56,327 nt of DNA, from the IMG/VR virus record IMGVR_UViG_3300022665_000963, positions 1 through 56,327 of that record. One strand, given 5' to 3'. Of this stretch, positions 1 through 8,910 are shown one piece after another. Under the pieces are notes generated by a model. That model did not search any database. It was not told the DNA's origin and was given only the letters and a program-made list of their open reading frames with translations. Position 1 is the stretch's first letter. Each line of letters starts with the position of its first letter. This DNA is from a virus. Taxonomy: Duplodnaviria > Caudoviricetes. The translations under genes were made by a program, and so were the position numbers.

Positions 1-168
1 TTTGAGGGTAGTATACGTTACGTGGAGTTGGGCCCCAAGACGGTGTATGAGACTGAGGACGAGCACCTGGACGACCTGATCTTCAATGGGTACATCGTGT
101 GTCACCCCAAGGAGGTCCTGGAGAACTTCGGGCAGGACATGATCTTCAATGGGGGGGGCACATACTGA
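1..168 (+). CDS. partial hypothetical protein (5' end outside window)
   Basis: Frame 1 is open from base 1 (FEGSIRYVELG...GGGTY) to TGA at 166-168. Confidence 0.4.
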   Translation, partial: FEGSIRYVELGPKTVYETEDEHLDDLIFNGYIVCHPKEVLENFGQDMIFNGGGTY

Positions 169-176
169 ACCTCGTC

Positions 177-314
177 ATGAGATGTCCCATCATAAAGGTC
201 TTCCAGAGGAACCGGAGGTACGTATACGAGGCGAGGGCCTGGGACGAGATCCTGCGGACCGGGGACTTTGCCGAGGCCCTGGCTCTCGCCTGTGCAGGAG
301 TATCCAATCAATAA
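177..314 (+). CDS. small hypothetical protein
   Basis: ATG at 177 (MRCPIIKVF...) within ORF 99..314; packs between neighbouring genes. Confidence 0.35.
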   Translation: MRCPIIKVFQRNRRYVYEARAWDEILRTGDFAEALALACAGVSNQ

Positions 315-382
315 CACTGGGATACCTGTGGGGTGATAGGGGATATAATGTACCCATCGATTATACAGACAGGAGAATAGAG

Positions 383-838
383 ATGACCAGACGGGAAAAA
401 ATGAAGGAAAGTGCGGATCACCTCAGCACATTCAGGAGCAGTATTGACCTGGAGTTTAACCATCAGCACATCATGACCGAGATCATAGCACTGATCGGCC
501 AGGTGGTGGATGAGCTGAATTCCACCGACAACGAGGTAGAGGCTGGTATCGAGGACTACAAGGCGACGCTGGAAGATCACCAGAGGCTGGTCCGCAAGAT
601 CGACGTCATCCTCAACGGGGAAGAGGACGCGGCGTCCCAGGCGAGCCTATGCGACCTCGTCCCTCAAATAAGGGCCTTAGTGCGTAATCAGATGAGGGAG
701 CCCCCACTACCCCCGACCATGTCCTTGTGCGTCGACTTAGAAGCCAAGTTGAGCTTTCTCCTCTACAACCACATCGAAGCAGAAGATGGTACCTTTTGTT
801 TTCCAGATGGAGATATCTGGCGTTGCAAAACGAAATAG
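383..838 (+). CDS. hypothetical coiled-coil protein
   Basis: RBS AGGAG at 371-375 precedes ATG 383, within ORF 149..838; TATAAT at 344-349 upstream. Confidence 0.6.
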   Translation: MTRREKMKESADHLSTFRSSIDLEFNHQHIMTEIIALIGQVVDELNSTDNEVEAGIEDYKATLEDHQRLVRKIDVILNGEEDAASQASLCDLVPQIRALVRNQMREPPLPPTMSLCVDLEAKLSFLLYNHIEAEDGTFCFPDGDIWRCKTK

Positions 839-856
839 ATAGTTAGGAGAAAGACC

Positions 857-1366
857 ATGACAGTAGAACCCATCCTAGAATTCGAGATCGACGTCCAGTC
901 TGACCAGCTCATCGGACAGCCCGTGATATACCCGGAGCTCAACAATGAGGTTCCTAAGCTGGGACCCCCCTACAGTATGATCGTCCGGCTCGAGGCCCTG
1001 GCGGACCATCCTGACATCGACGTGCTGCGCATGCTCAACAGTGGAATACAGACCTCCAAGTTCCCAGTAGAGGGGGACGAGACGATCACGGTGACGACGT
1101 TGAAGTCAAGGTTCCGGCCGGAGGTGTTCCCACTACTAGGCATAGAGGGCATCACATACCATGCAGGGCTCTGGACGCCAGAGACTGGGGACAAGCTGGT
1201 CGGACAGCTGAACATGCTGGACGCCCGCAACGTCAGCAGGAACGAACTGTTCAGGGGCCGGAACCTGAGGGTGAGGCTGATGGCCGTCGAGTACGACGTG
1301 AACAATAAGTATGGGCACTATACAGGGACGAACCTGATAATTAGGTGGATAGCGGTGGAGCTATGA
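857..1366 (+). CDS. hypothetical protein
   Basis: 169-aa ORF with AGGAG RBS. Confidence 0.7.
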   Translation: MTVEPILEFEIDVQSDQLIGQPVIYPELNNEVPKLGPPYSMIVRLEALADHPDIDVLRMLNSGIQTSKFPVEGDETITVTTLKSRFRPEVFPLLGIEGITYHAGLWTPETGDKLVGQLNMLDARNVSRNELFRGRNLRVRLMAVEYDVNNKYGHYTGTNLIIRWIAVEL

Positions 1367-1425
1367 TGGGATATCTCGGGGGCCGAGGGGACTAATCATG
1401 GATACTGAAGAACAGGAGAGATGAG

Positions 1426-1632
1426 ATGCAGAAGAGATCGAAGAAGCCAAGAGACCCCAAGGACCTGACAGCCCTCGGACTGGCGAGCAAGCTACGGGAG
1501 AGATTCCTGAACCGTGATCCCCTCAAGGTGGGGGGTCCCAGCTTCGATGAGCTGGACGATGCGGCCAGGTACCAGTACGTGTCCGTCGCGATGGATGCCA
1601 TGGAACTGCTGGGGATAGACCCGTGTCGGTAG
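1426..1632 (+). CDS. hypothetical protein
   Basis: 68-aa ORF with AGGAG RBS. Confidence 0.55.
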   Translation: MQKRSKKPRDPKDLTALGLASKLRERFLNRDPLKVGGPSFDELDDAARYQYVSVAMDAMELLGIDPCR

Positions 1633-1753
1633 GCATCATGGCGTTGGTCATAGTGGCCATGGTCGTGGTAATCATCGCCGCTGTCTGCCTACCCCTGTTC
1701 AGGCCCTGAGCACGCTGGCTCGCGCGGGCGACCCCGCGCGACACAATCGGGCC

Positions 1754-2323
1754 ATGAGCAACGAGAAGAACATAGGGCTGATGGACGTCCGGAAGATGAG
1801 GTTCCTGGAGGAGTTCGCGAGGTGCGGCGTGATCGGCCCCTGCTGCAGGGTCGTCGGCATAGGCCGCACGACGTACCTACGCTGGCGGAAGGCCGACGGG
1901 GACTTCGACGAGGCCTGTGACCACGCGTTCCAGAGCGCGGTGGACGACGCCGAGATGGAGCTACGCGAGCGCGGGATCAACGGGACCGAGGAGCCCGTCC
2001 TGTACAAGGGCGAGCCCGTCTGGCGGCGGGACCCCGTCACGGCGGCGGTCCTGCTCGACGACGACTTCAACCCGATACCCTTCACGATACGCAGGAAGTC
2101 CGACAGGCTGCTCGAGGTCTACACGAGGACCCACAGGCCCGAGTACCGGGAGAGGAGCGAGGTCGCGCTGACCGGCAAGAATGGCATCCCGCTCCCGTCG
2201 GCCATAACGGTGAACTACGTGCTGCCTGAGGGCAGGACCGAGGAGGACTATGAGGGCACGCAGGGCTTGATAGACGTGACCCCCGGGATACCAGTGATAG
2301 AGGAGAAGGACCCCTTCGAATGA
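1754..2323 (+). CDS. terS: terminase small subunit
   Basis: N-terminal HTH (CCRVVGIGRTTYLRWRKAD), RKSDRLL and PEYRERSEVALTG motifs typical of TerS; upstream of TerL. Confidence 0.8.
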   Translation: MSNEKNIGLMDVRKMRFLEEFARCGVIGPCCRVVGIGRTTYLRWRKADGDFDEACDHAFQSAVDDAEMELRERGINGTEEPVLYKGEPVWRRDPVTAAVLLDDDFNPIPFTIRRKSDRLLEVYTRTHRPEYRERSEVALTGKNGIPLPSAITVNYVLPEGRTEEDYEGTQGLIDVTPGIPVIEEKDPFE

Positions 2324-2334
2324 AAAAGTTATTT
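2277..2334 (+). repeat. direct repeat copy 1 (~58 bp; terS 3' end plus next start codon)
   Basis: tgacccccgggataccagtgatagaggagaaggaccccttcgaatgaaaaagttattt closely matches 2768-2825. Confidence 0.9.
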
Positions 2335-2487
2335 GCCTATTTACTATATTATATTGGGCATTATGCCTACTGTCTTGACGCTATTGGCCTCAGGACCTAC
2401 TCCCTATATCAGAGGGCAATGCACTGGTCAGTCATAGTACAGGGCTCTAGTGATGAGGGACCCTGGGGAAGTGTAATAGATGAGTAA
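2320..2487 (+). CDS. small hypothetical protein (55 aa, MKKLFAYLLYY...)
   Basis: ATGA overlap with the terS stop; translated by hand, not in the ORF track. Confidence 0.5.
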   Translation: MKKLFAYLLYYIGHYAYCLDAIGLRTYSLYQRAMHWSVIVQGSSDEGPWGSVIDE

Positions 2488-2770
2488 CTGGAGAGAGGAG
2501 GCGAACCTCCGGCAGGAAATTCGTCACACGCATGATGGGCCCGAGGTGGCCGACCGGGACAGGAAGAAGAGAAGGAAGGGGAAACCCTGGAGACTGAGGT
2601 GCTCAGGTAGACTGTTCGGAGACTGGACCTGTGGTAAGTACGCGACCTCAGAGCGGGCCGAGCAGGCCCTTAGGGCGAAGGCCAAGAATAAGTGGCTCAA
2701 GAACCTCCGAATTGAGGGGCCGGGTTACCCGGCGCCAGTGACACTGACCGAAGCGGGCGGGGAGACCTGA
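2480..2770 (+). CDS. basic hypothetical protein
   Basis: 96-aa ORF overlapping the previous stop. Confidence 0.55.
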   Translation: MSNWREEANLRQEIRHTHDGPEVADRDRKKRRKGKPWRLRCSGRLFGDWTCGKYATSERAEQALRAKAKNKWLKNLRIEGPGYPAPVTLTEAGGET

Positions 2771-2825
2771 CCCCCGGGATACCAGCAATAGAGGAGAAGG
2801 ACCCTTTAGAATGAAAAAATTTATT
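2768..2825 (+). repeat. direct repeat copy 2
   Basis: tgacccccgggataccagcaatagaggagaaggaccctttagaatgaaaaaatttatt. Confidence 0.9.
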
Positions 2826-2990
2826 ACTAAGTTAATTATAGGAATATCAGTAGTACCCTTAGCAGTTACTATTTATTGCCTCGGATGGGCCATGGGGGTC
2901 GTTAAGTTCATTGTCATTGATGCCTTTATAGAGGGTGTTAATGACGGGGCCCAGAAGACTGGTATACTCATAGATAAAAACTGGGAATAG
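2811..2990 (+). CDS. small membrane protein (59 aa, MKKFITKLIIGISVV...)
   Basis: Translated by hand; hydrophobic N-half; ends 3 bp before terL. Confidence 0.5.
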   Translation: MKKFITKLIIGISVVPLAVTIYCLGWAMGVVKFIVIDAFIEGVNDGAQKTGILIDKNWE

Positions 2991-2993
2991 CCC

Positions 2994-4280
2994 TTGGCGG
3001 CCCTGAATCTACCCTATGCCTTCAGGGAGCTGAGGGTCCCCTCACGCTACAAGGCCTTCCATGGCGGAAGGGGTGGAGCGAAAAGTCATTCATATGCCCA
3101 GGAGCTCGTGCTGATGGGGAGCGAGCGTCCGCTGCGCATACTCTGTGCCCGTGAGATCCAGAAGTCCATCTCGACGTCCGTGAAGCAGCTGCTCGACGAC
3201 AAGATACGTGCCTCGGGTCTCGGCCCCAAGTCCGAGGGGGGTAATGGCTTCTACAGGTCGACCGACAAGGGCATATTCGGGGGCAACGGGACGGACTTCC
3301 TCTTCATGGGCCTGAGGTCCAACCCCGAGAACGTCAAGTCCACCGAGGGCATCGACATAGCGTGGGTCGAGGAGGCCAACACCGTCAGCCAGTCCAGCAT
3401 AGAGATGCTGACCCCCACGATCAGGAAGGACGACTCGGAGATCTGGTTCTCGTGGAACCGGCGCTTCGAGACCGACCCGGTGGACAACATGTTCCTGGGA
3501 GGCCCGCCACCACCGAGGTCGATAGTCCGCAGGGTCACCTGGCAGGACAACCCCTGGTTCCCCGAAGTGCTCCGTGAGGAGATGGAGTGGGACAAGGGTC
3601 GCGACAGGGACAAGTGGCTGCACATCTGGCAGGGCGAGCTCCTCAAGAGGTCAGAGGCCCGGGTCTTCAATAACTGGAGGGTCGAGGACCTGGACGACCA
3701 GGTCGTCATGGGCACGCTGCCCAGGCTCGGTGCCGACTGGGGCTTCTCGGTGGATCCGACGGTGCTCATCGAGTGCTACGTCATCGGGCGCACGCTGTAC
3801 TTCAGGCGTGAGGCCTACAAGGTCAGGTGCACGATCGACGAGACGCCGGCACTGTTCGCCGGGTCGGACCACCTGGACCCTCCGCGCTGGCCGAACGCGT
3901 CAGGGCACAGGGGGATGCAGTCCGTCAGGGACGGCAACAGGATCGTGGCCGACAGCGCGAGGCCCGAGACCATCAGGTACATGAAGGACAGAGGCTTCAA
4001 GATCATCGCGGCCCGCAAGGGCGCCGGCTCGCTCATGGAGGGAGTGGAGTTCATGAAGTCGTACGACATAGTGATCCATCCGGACTGCGTCCGGACGATC
4101 GGGGAGTTCACCCACTACAGCTACAAGGAGGACCCGCTCACCAACGAGGTGCTCTCCGTACTGGCGGACGACCACAACCACGTCATCGACGCGGCGAGGT
4201 ACGCACTGGAGGGCGTCCGCAGGGCGCTCAGGGGCCGGATCGGAATCATAGCCCCCGAGCTCATCCCGATAGAGAGTTAA
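2994..4280 (+). CDS. terL: terminase large subunit, PBSX-like
   Basis: Walker A GGRGGAKS, Walker B AWVEEA, nuclease motifs GADWGF and DDHNHVIDAARYA. Confidence 0.95.
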   Translation: MAALNLPYAFRELRVPSRYKAFHGGRGGAKSHSYAQELVLMGSERPLRILCAREIQKSISTSVKQLLDDKIRASGLGPKSEGGNGFYRSTDKGIFGGNGTDFLFMGLRSNPENVKSTEGIDIAWVEEANTVSQSSIEMLTPTIRKDDSEIWFSWNRRFETDPVDNMFLGGPPPPRSIVRRVTWQDNPWFPEVLREEMEWDKGRDRDKWLHIWQGELLKRSEARVFNNWRVEDLDDQVVMGTLPRLGADWGFSVDPTVLIECYVIGRTLYFRREAYKVRCTIDETPALFAGSDHLDPPRWPNASGHRGMQSVRDGNRIVADSARPETIRYMKDRGFKIIAARKGAGSLMEGVEFMKSYDIVIHPDCVRTIGEFTHYSYKEDPLTNEVLSVLADDHNHVIDAARYALEGVRRALRGRIGIIAPELIPIES

Positions 4281-4422
4281 TCGAAATTTCTCTTATGATA
4301 ATTGTAGGAGGTATCCTGGCCCAGAGACGGTGACCATATGTGGGTAGGTCCGTCGTCGTTCCGTCCTATACTGGTTTCATGCCGATCCGTCCGGACCTAT
4401 GATTAGAGTATAGGAGATTATC

Positions 4423-4806
4423 ATGGAAAGAAGACTCACACAGTCCCAGGTGGATGAGCTCGCGTACCTCCGGGAGGAGGGCTGGACGCACGGTATGCTG
4501 GCCCGCAAGTTCGGCGTGTCCCTCGGGTGCGTCGCGTACCAGTGTCGACGACAGGGGGCAATCCCCCCAAAGGGTCCAGGCAAGTCGCATCCGACCTTCG
4601 CCCGTACAGGCCTAAACAAGGCCGGGAGCCGGGGCATGTCCGAGGACGATATAATATATCTGAAGAGACTACTATCTGGTGGATTGAACCTCAAGACCTC
4701 GGAGATGTCAAGGATGCTCGATCGACCCTATACCACGGTGCGATACTGGGTACAGAGGCTAGCGGTACTCGAGGAGGCGGAGGACATGCGTGCCGACGAT
4801 AGATAG
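4423..4806 (+). CDS. DNA-binding protein with two HTH-like segments
   Basis: WTHGMLARKFGVSLGCVAY and SEMSRMLDRPYTTVRYW; AGGAG RBS. Confidence 0.65.
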   Translation: MERRLTQSQVDELAYLREEGWTHGMLARKFGVSLGCVAYQCRRQGAIPPKGPGKSHPTFARTGLNKAGSRGMSEDDIIYLKRLLSGGLNLKTSEMSRMLDRPYTTVRYWVQRLAVLEEAEDMRADDR

Positions 4807-4913
4807 ACGATGGTTACATCCTTGGACACATATGGATATCATAATAAAGCTTGTTAATGAAGACTTAGGTGAGATAAACTTCAGAAGGGATATCTCACCA
4901 CTTTTCTTTTTTT

Positions 4914-5363
4914 TTATTTCCTATTCATGTCCCTCGTTATTCCACTCTTCAAACGGCCCACTATGATCTTAAAATCTTTATCGGTCAACCTCCATCCGTT
5001 ACGAGGCTTACGCTGGTCGGCCCGCACCTTGGCCAGTGCGCCCCGGTAGGCTGCGGACTTCGAGCGGTGCAACCTCGTGAATCGGGAGCCAGGGTCTCTG
5101 TCCTCGAGCCAGGCCTTGACGAACTCGCTGCCCCAGCTCTCGAACACCAGACCCTTCTTGGTATGGCGCGTGGCCTCCTTCGGATGGGCGTAGACCGTCT
5201 GGGGGCAGGACTTGCTCGTCCGGGGAGCCCTCCTTATCGTGCGGATGATGTAGGTGGACAGGCTGACCTCTGCGGGCTCGATCACCCCGTCGTCGTACTC
5301 CCCGGAGCCCGAGAAGTGGACATGGTACAGGTGGTCACCGATGTTATATCGTCTCTTAGACAT
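4914..5363 (-). CDS. hypothetical protein (early-type gene inserted in the packaging module)
   Basis: 149-aa ORF with AAGGAG RBS, downstream of a strong promoter. Confidence 0.65.
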   Translation of the reverse strand: MSKRRYNIGDHLYHVHFSGSGEYDDGVIEPAEVSLSTYIIRTIRRAPRTSKSCPQTVYAHPKEATRHTKKGLVFESWGSEFVKAWLEDRDPGSRFTRLHRSKSAAYRGALAKVRADQRKPRNGWRLTDKDFKIIVGRLKSGITRDMNRK

Positions 5364-5384
5364 CTCAGTTCTCCTTATTTGGGT

Positions 5385-5804
5385 TTAACACACGGAGATC
5401 AGCCACCGGTCTACGGCCACGGTGGAGGGCTCTATCTCATCCCAGGTCTCGCTACGGTACAGCGTTCCGTCCCTACCTCTCTTCGTCCAGGATGACACCG
5501 CGTGCAGTATGCCCTCCTCGAAGAAGGCCTCGGGGTGGTTGGCTGTGGCCAGGGTGGCCAGCAGTGTGTCCACGAGGTCGGCGTTGATCTTCTTCAAGGG
5601 GATGTGCTTGAGCTGGCGGGCCCCGCACCCGACGAACGTCATCCTGACGCGGAGCTTGCCCTCTCCTAGGACTTTATTCGCGGCACGGCGGGCGTCCTTC
5701 AGGGTGTGGTGGTGCGAGAGGGTATGCCAGCGGGTATCGGGGGTCAGGTCCCTGTCCCCGGTCACCAGCACGTCCACGTCGACGCGGTTCACGAATTTAG
5801 CCAT
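5385..5804 (-). CDS. hypothetical protein
   Basis: ATG 5804 (MAKFVNR...) with AGGAG RBS, directly downstream of the promoter at 5837-5865. Confidence 0.65.
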   Translation of the reverse strand: MAKFVNRVDVDVLVTGDRDLTPDTRWHTLSHHHTLKDARRAANKVLGEGKLRVRMTFVGCGARQLKHIPLKKINADLVDTLLATLATANHPEAFFEEGILHAVSSWTKRGRDGTLYRSETWDEIEPSTVAVDRWLISVC

Positions 5805-5836
5805 ATCAATTCTCCTATTAATCATTTCATGTACCT

Positions 5837-5865
5837 ATTATAGCAGGTTTTCCAGTCATTGTAAA
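5837..5865 (-). promoter_or_regulatory. sigma70-type promoter
   Basis: TTTACA-N17-TATAAT on the minus strand, with upstream TTTTCTCCCTTTA. Confidence 0.8.
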
Positions 5866-5878
5866 TGAATAAAGGGAG

Positions 5879-6127
5879 AAAAAAAGTTATCTCACACATT
5901 ACCGCGTGACACGGCCACTCTCCTGGCTGGCGGGATGTTGGGATACGATGCCACTGTCAGGACTCCTCCTTTAAGTAAGCATTTATTCCTAGTCTCGGAT
6001 TACAACCAACCAACCCGATATCTGTCCAGGGTTATCGCTCGAGTTAAGCGGGTAATAACTGGACTCCTTCGGGCAGACCGTGCCCCTCGGTAATGTGTGA
6101 AACAATCTTTCCTTGTTTATGTTCGAT
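5879..6127 (-). ncRNA. candidate structured non-coding RNA, unknown family
   Basis: Perfect 13-bp terminal inverted repeat (5892-5904/6088-6100), several internal hairpins, promoter at 6134-6162, U-tract after the closing stem; strand inferred. Confidence 0.55.
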
Positions 6128-6133
6128 ATGATA

Positions 6134-6162
6134 CTTATAGTGTAGTTTCCATCCTCCGTAAA
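6134..6162 (-). promoter_or_regulatory. sigma70-type promoter (paralogue of 5837-5865)
   Basis: TTTACG-N17-TATAAG, with the same upstream TTTTCTCCCTTTA and TGGAAA in the spacer. Confidence 0.65.
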
Positions 6163-6289
6163 CCCAGTAAAGGGAGAAAATGTGAGTAAAATTCCCGGTC
6201 GGCAAAAACGGCGGCGTCCGGGGAGGGCCAGCATGGGCTACACTGTCCGGTAAGCATGCACTAATATTCCAAGATGACGAGGAGGCCCC

Positions 6290-7699
6290 ATGGGCATAGG
6301 CTTAGACGATTTCCTGGCGATGTTCCGTCGTAAGAGGGTACCACCGACTGAGGCGGCTGGAGTCCCCGGGACAGCGATCTTCGGCGGTTTCATCCAGGAC
6401 AACGAGAAGAACGTCAACATAGCCTCCCGGGAGGAGCGCTTCAAGACGTACTCGGAGATCCTGGCCAATACCAGCATAGTCGCGGCGGGCGTGAGGTACT
6501 TCCTCAACCTGGTCGCGACGGCCGAGTGGAAGTTCGTGCCGGCGGACCATCCCGAGGGCGAGAGGTTCGCAAAGCTGGCGGAGGAGATGCTGACGGAGGA
6601 CCCCCGGACGTCGTGGCACCGCATCGTGCGGAGGGCCGCCATGTACCGTTTCTACGGGTTCAGCATACAGGAGTGGACGGCCCGGCGTCGTGACGACGGT
6701 CTCCTGACCTTCGCCGACATAGCCCCCCGGGCACAGCTCACGATAGAGAGATGGGACATCGACAAGGAGGGCGTAGTGCTCGGGATGCTGCAGCGCAGCC
6801 CGCAGACCCAGGAGGAGCTGTACATACCCCGGACGAAGACCCTGTACATGGTGGACGACACCCTGAATGACAGTCCTGAGGGACTGGGGCTGTTCAGGCA
6901 CCTCGTCGCCCCCGCACAGCGCCTGGCCAGGTACGAGCAGCTCGAGGGCTTCGGCTTCGAGACGGACCTGCGTGGCGTGCCCATCGGGAGAGGCCCCTTC
7001 ACGGAGCTCGCCAAGATGGTACAGGCCGGGGACCTCAGCAAGGAGCAGAGGGTAGCCATAGAGGCCCCCCTCCGCAAGTTCATCAAGAACCACGTGAAGA
7101 CCGCGCAGCTCGGCATGCTGCTGGACAGCATAACGTACGAGAGCAAGGACGAGGCCGGACGTGCCTCGAGTGCCAAGCAGTGGGACGTCGAGCTGCTCAA
7201 GAGCTCCGGTACCAGCTTCGCCGAGAACGCCAATGCCATCGAGCGCCTAAACAGGGAGCTCGCCCGTATACTCAACGTGGAGCAGCTCATGCTCGGCTCC
7301 GGCTCCGTCGGCAGCTTCGCCCTCAGCAAGGACAAGACCAACGCGTTCTTCCTGCTCGTGGACGGCGCGCTCGCGGAGATCCGGGAGATGATTGACGAGG
7401 ACCTGTTAAAGACCCTGTGGCGGCTGAATGGCTTCCCGGTCGAGGCCATGCCTGAGATCAAGACCCAGGCCGTGCGCTTCACCGACGTCGAACAGATAGC
7501 CGCCACGTTGCGCGACATGGCCACCTCGGGGGCACCCCTAGGCCTGGATGACCCCGTCATAAACGAGGTACGTGACCTCATGGGAGTGCCCAGGGTCCCG
7601 GATAATGGCATGGAGAACGATACGGACTCGGTCCTCACCGGTCGTACCGGGGAGACCGACGAGGGCAAGGTAGATAACTTGGACGATATGAAGGAGTAA
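6290..7699 (+). CDS. portal protein
   Basis: 469 aa, follows terL; DUF935/Mu-like portal features (YGFSIQEW, PEGLGLFR, GSFALSKDK). Confidence 0.9.
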   Translation: MGIGLDDFLAMFRRKRVPPTEAAGVPGTAIFGGFIQDNEKNVNIASREERFKTYSEILANTSIVAAGVRYFLNLVATAEWKFVPADHPEGERFAKLAEEMLTEDPRTSWHRIVRRAAMYRFYGFSIQEWTARRRDDGLLTFADIAPRAQLTIERWDIDKEGVVLGMLQRSPQTQEELYIPRTKTLYMVDDTLNDSPEGLGLFRHLVAPAQRLARYEQLEGFGFETDLRGVPIGRGPFTELAKMVQAGDLSKEQRVAIEAPLRKFIKNHVKTAQLGMLLDSITYESKDEAGRASSAKQWDVELLKSSGTSFAENANAIERLNRELARILNVEQLMLGSGSVGSFALSKDKTNAFFLLVDGALAEIREMIDEDLLKTLWRLNGFPVEAMPEIKTQAVRFTDVEQIAATLRDMATSGAPLGLDDPVINEVRDLMGVPRVPDNGMENDTDSVLTGRTGETDEGKVDNLDDMKE

Positions 7700-7739
7700 A
7701 TTATGGGTGGCCAATCTGTAGTAAAGAGAAGAGATAGAG

Positions 7740-8294
7740 ATGAGTAGCAGAACGACACAGATAAAGGACGAGAACGGCGTAGTGGCCCTGGTCGATGACC
7801 TGAGCCAGGGAATCCACGTCGCGAGTATCACCCAACAGCTGATGCACGCGGGCCGAATGTTCGCCCTGTCACTCGTGACCAAGGCGCTCACGAACGGCTC
7901 ATCCGTGGAAATACTACTGAGGACGGACCTGAAGCCCGTCCACGCGAGTCTGAGGATGACGGCCACAGGGACTGCGGATCTCCAGGTGTTCGAGGCTCCG
8001 ACCACCACGGCTGACGGTACCGAGCAGGTCAATGTTGCGAGGAACCGGGTGATCGGGGGCACAAGTCCGGTGAAGCTGTTCTCCGGTCCGACTACCACGG
8101 CCGACGGTCTGATTCTGGTGGACGAGATAGTGCCTCCAGCAGGAGAGAGGGTGGTCATGGGACTACTGTCCGACGAGGCGGTACTGAAGCCGAGCACGGA
8201 CTACCTGTTGAAACTGTCGAACACAAGCGGGGGTAACATCGACGTCGGTTTCGTCATAGACTGGTTCGAATCCGACTCCAAGTTCTTCGCATAG
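7740..8294 (+). CDS. hypothetical beta-rich virion-associated protein
   Basis: 184-aa ORF inside the head module. Confidence 0.6.
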   Translation: MSSRTTQIKDENGVVALVDDLSQGIHVASITQQLMHAGRMFALSLVTKALTNGSSVEILLRTDLKPVHASLRMTATGTADLQVFEAPTTTADGTEQVNVARNRVIGGTSPVKLFSGPTTTADGLILVDEIVPPAGERVVMGLLSDEAVLKPSTDYLLKLSNTSGGNIDVGFVIDWFESDSKFFA

Positions 8295-8315
8295 GATAGA
8301 TACTGGGAATAAAGC

Positions 8316-8894
8316 ATGACAATAACCACGATCATTATCAGCGCCGTGAACTACACGTCATATGCTTCCGTGGCGGAGGCCGACGACTACCTGGCCGTCG
8401 ACCCCGTGCGCAAGGTGACGTGGGAGGCCCTGTCTAACGACGACAAGGGCCTGAACCTGGTGGCTGCGACCAGGCGCCTGGATCTGTTAATATGGCAGGG
8501 TGAGAAGACCGGGGGCTCCTCGCAGGAGAACAAGTGGCCACGTACCGGGGTATCGTTCCCGGACGGGTCGGCCGTCAGCACGACTGAGGTCCCCCAGGAG
8601 GTCGAGAACGCGACCATCCTGCTGGCAGGCTCCATAGCCATATCCGCCAAGGTCGCGGAGCAGGGCGACTCCGGTACCAACACCAAGAGAGTGAAGGCTG
8701 GCTCTGCGGAGGTCGAATTCTTCAGACAGCAGGCAGGCAAACCCCTACAGGACGAGACGGCCTTCCAGCTGATAGTCATATTCACCGAGGCGGCCGCCAC
8801 GAGCGATGCACTGGGGCCACTCGCCACGGGGACAGATGGTGAGAGCACCTTCACCGATATAGACCAATTTGGCCGCAACCGAGGCTTCCCGTAA
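8316..8894 (+). CDS. head-tail adaptor (DnaT-like family)
   Basis: SYASVAEADDY, WPRTG and VKAGSAEVEF motifs. Confidence 0.75.
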   Translation: MTITTIIISAVNYTSYASVAEADDYLAVDPVRKVTWEALSNDDKGLNLVAATRRLDLLIWQGEKTGGSSQENKWPRTGVSFPDGSAVSTTEVPQEVENATILLAGSIAISAKVAEQGDSGTNTKRVKAGSAEVEFFRQQAGKPLQDETAFQLIVIFTEAAATSDALGPLATGTDGESTFTDIDQFGRNRGFP

Positions 8895-8910
8895 TATCGG
8901 ATAGACAGAC

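Noticed and set aside
4345-4399. 8-bp inverted repeat TAGGTCCG/CGGACCTA upstream of the HTH gene
   Set aside because: Short with a 39-nt spacer and not repeated elsewhere; could be chance.
4854-4868. CtrA box-like TTAA-N7-TTAG
   Set aside because: Single imperfect match in an AT-rich stretch; other candidates (15371, 43247) have the wrong spacing.
5989-6234. 81-aa minus-strand ORF across the structured intergenic element
   Set aside because: No RBS or recognisable motif, and it runs through a promoter; the structured-element reading explains the sequence better.
6302-7758. Long antisense ORFs over the portal (and similarly over tail tube, tape measure and polymerase)
   Set aside because: Typical shadow ORFs of GC-rich coding sequence, without RBS or motifs.
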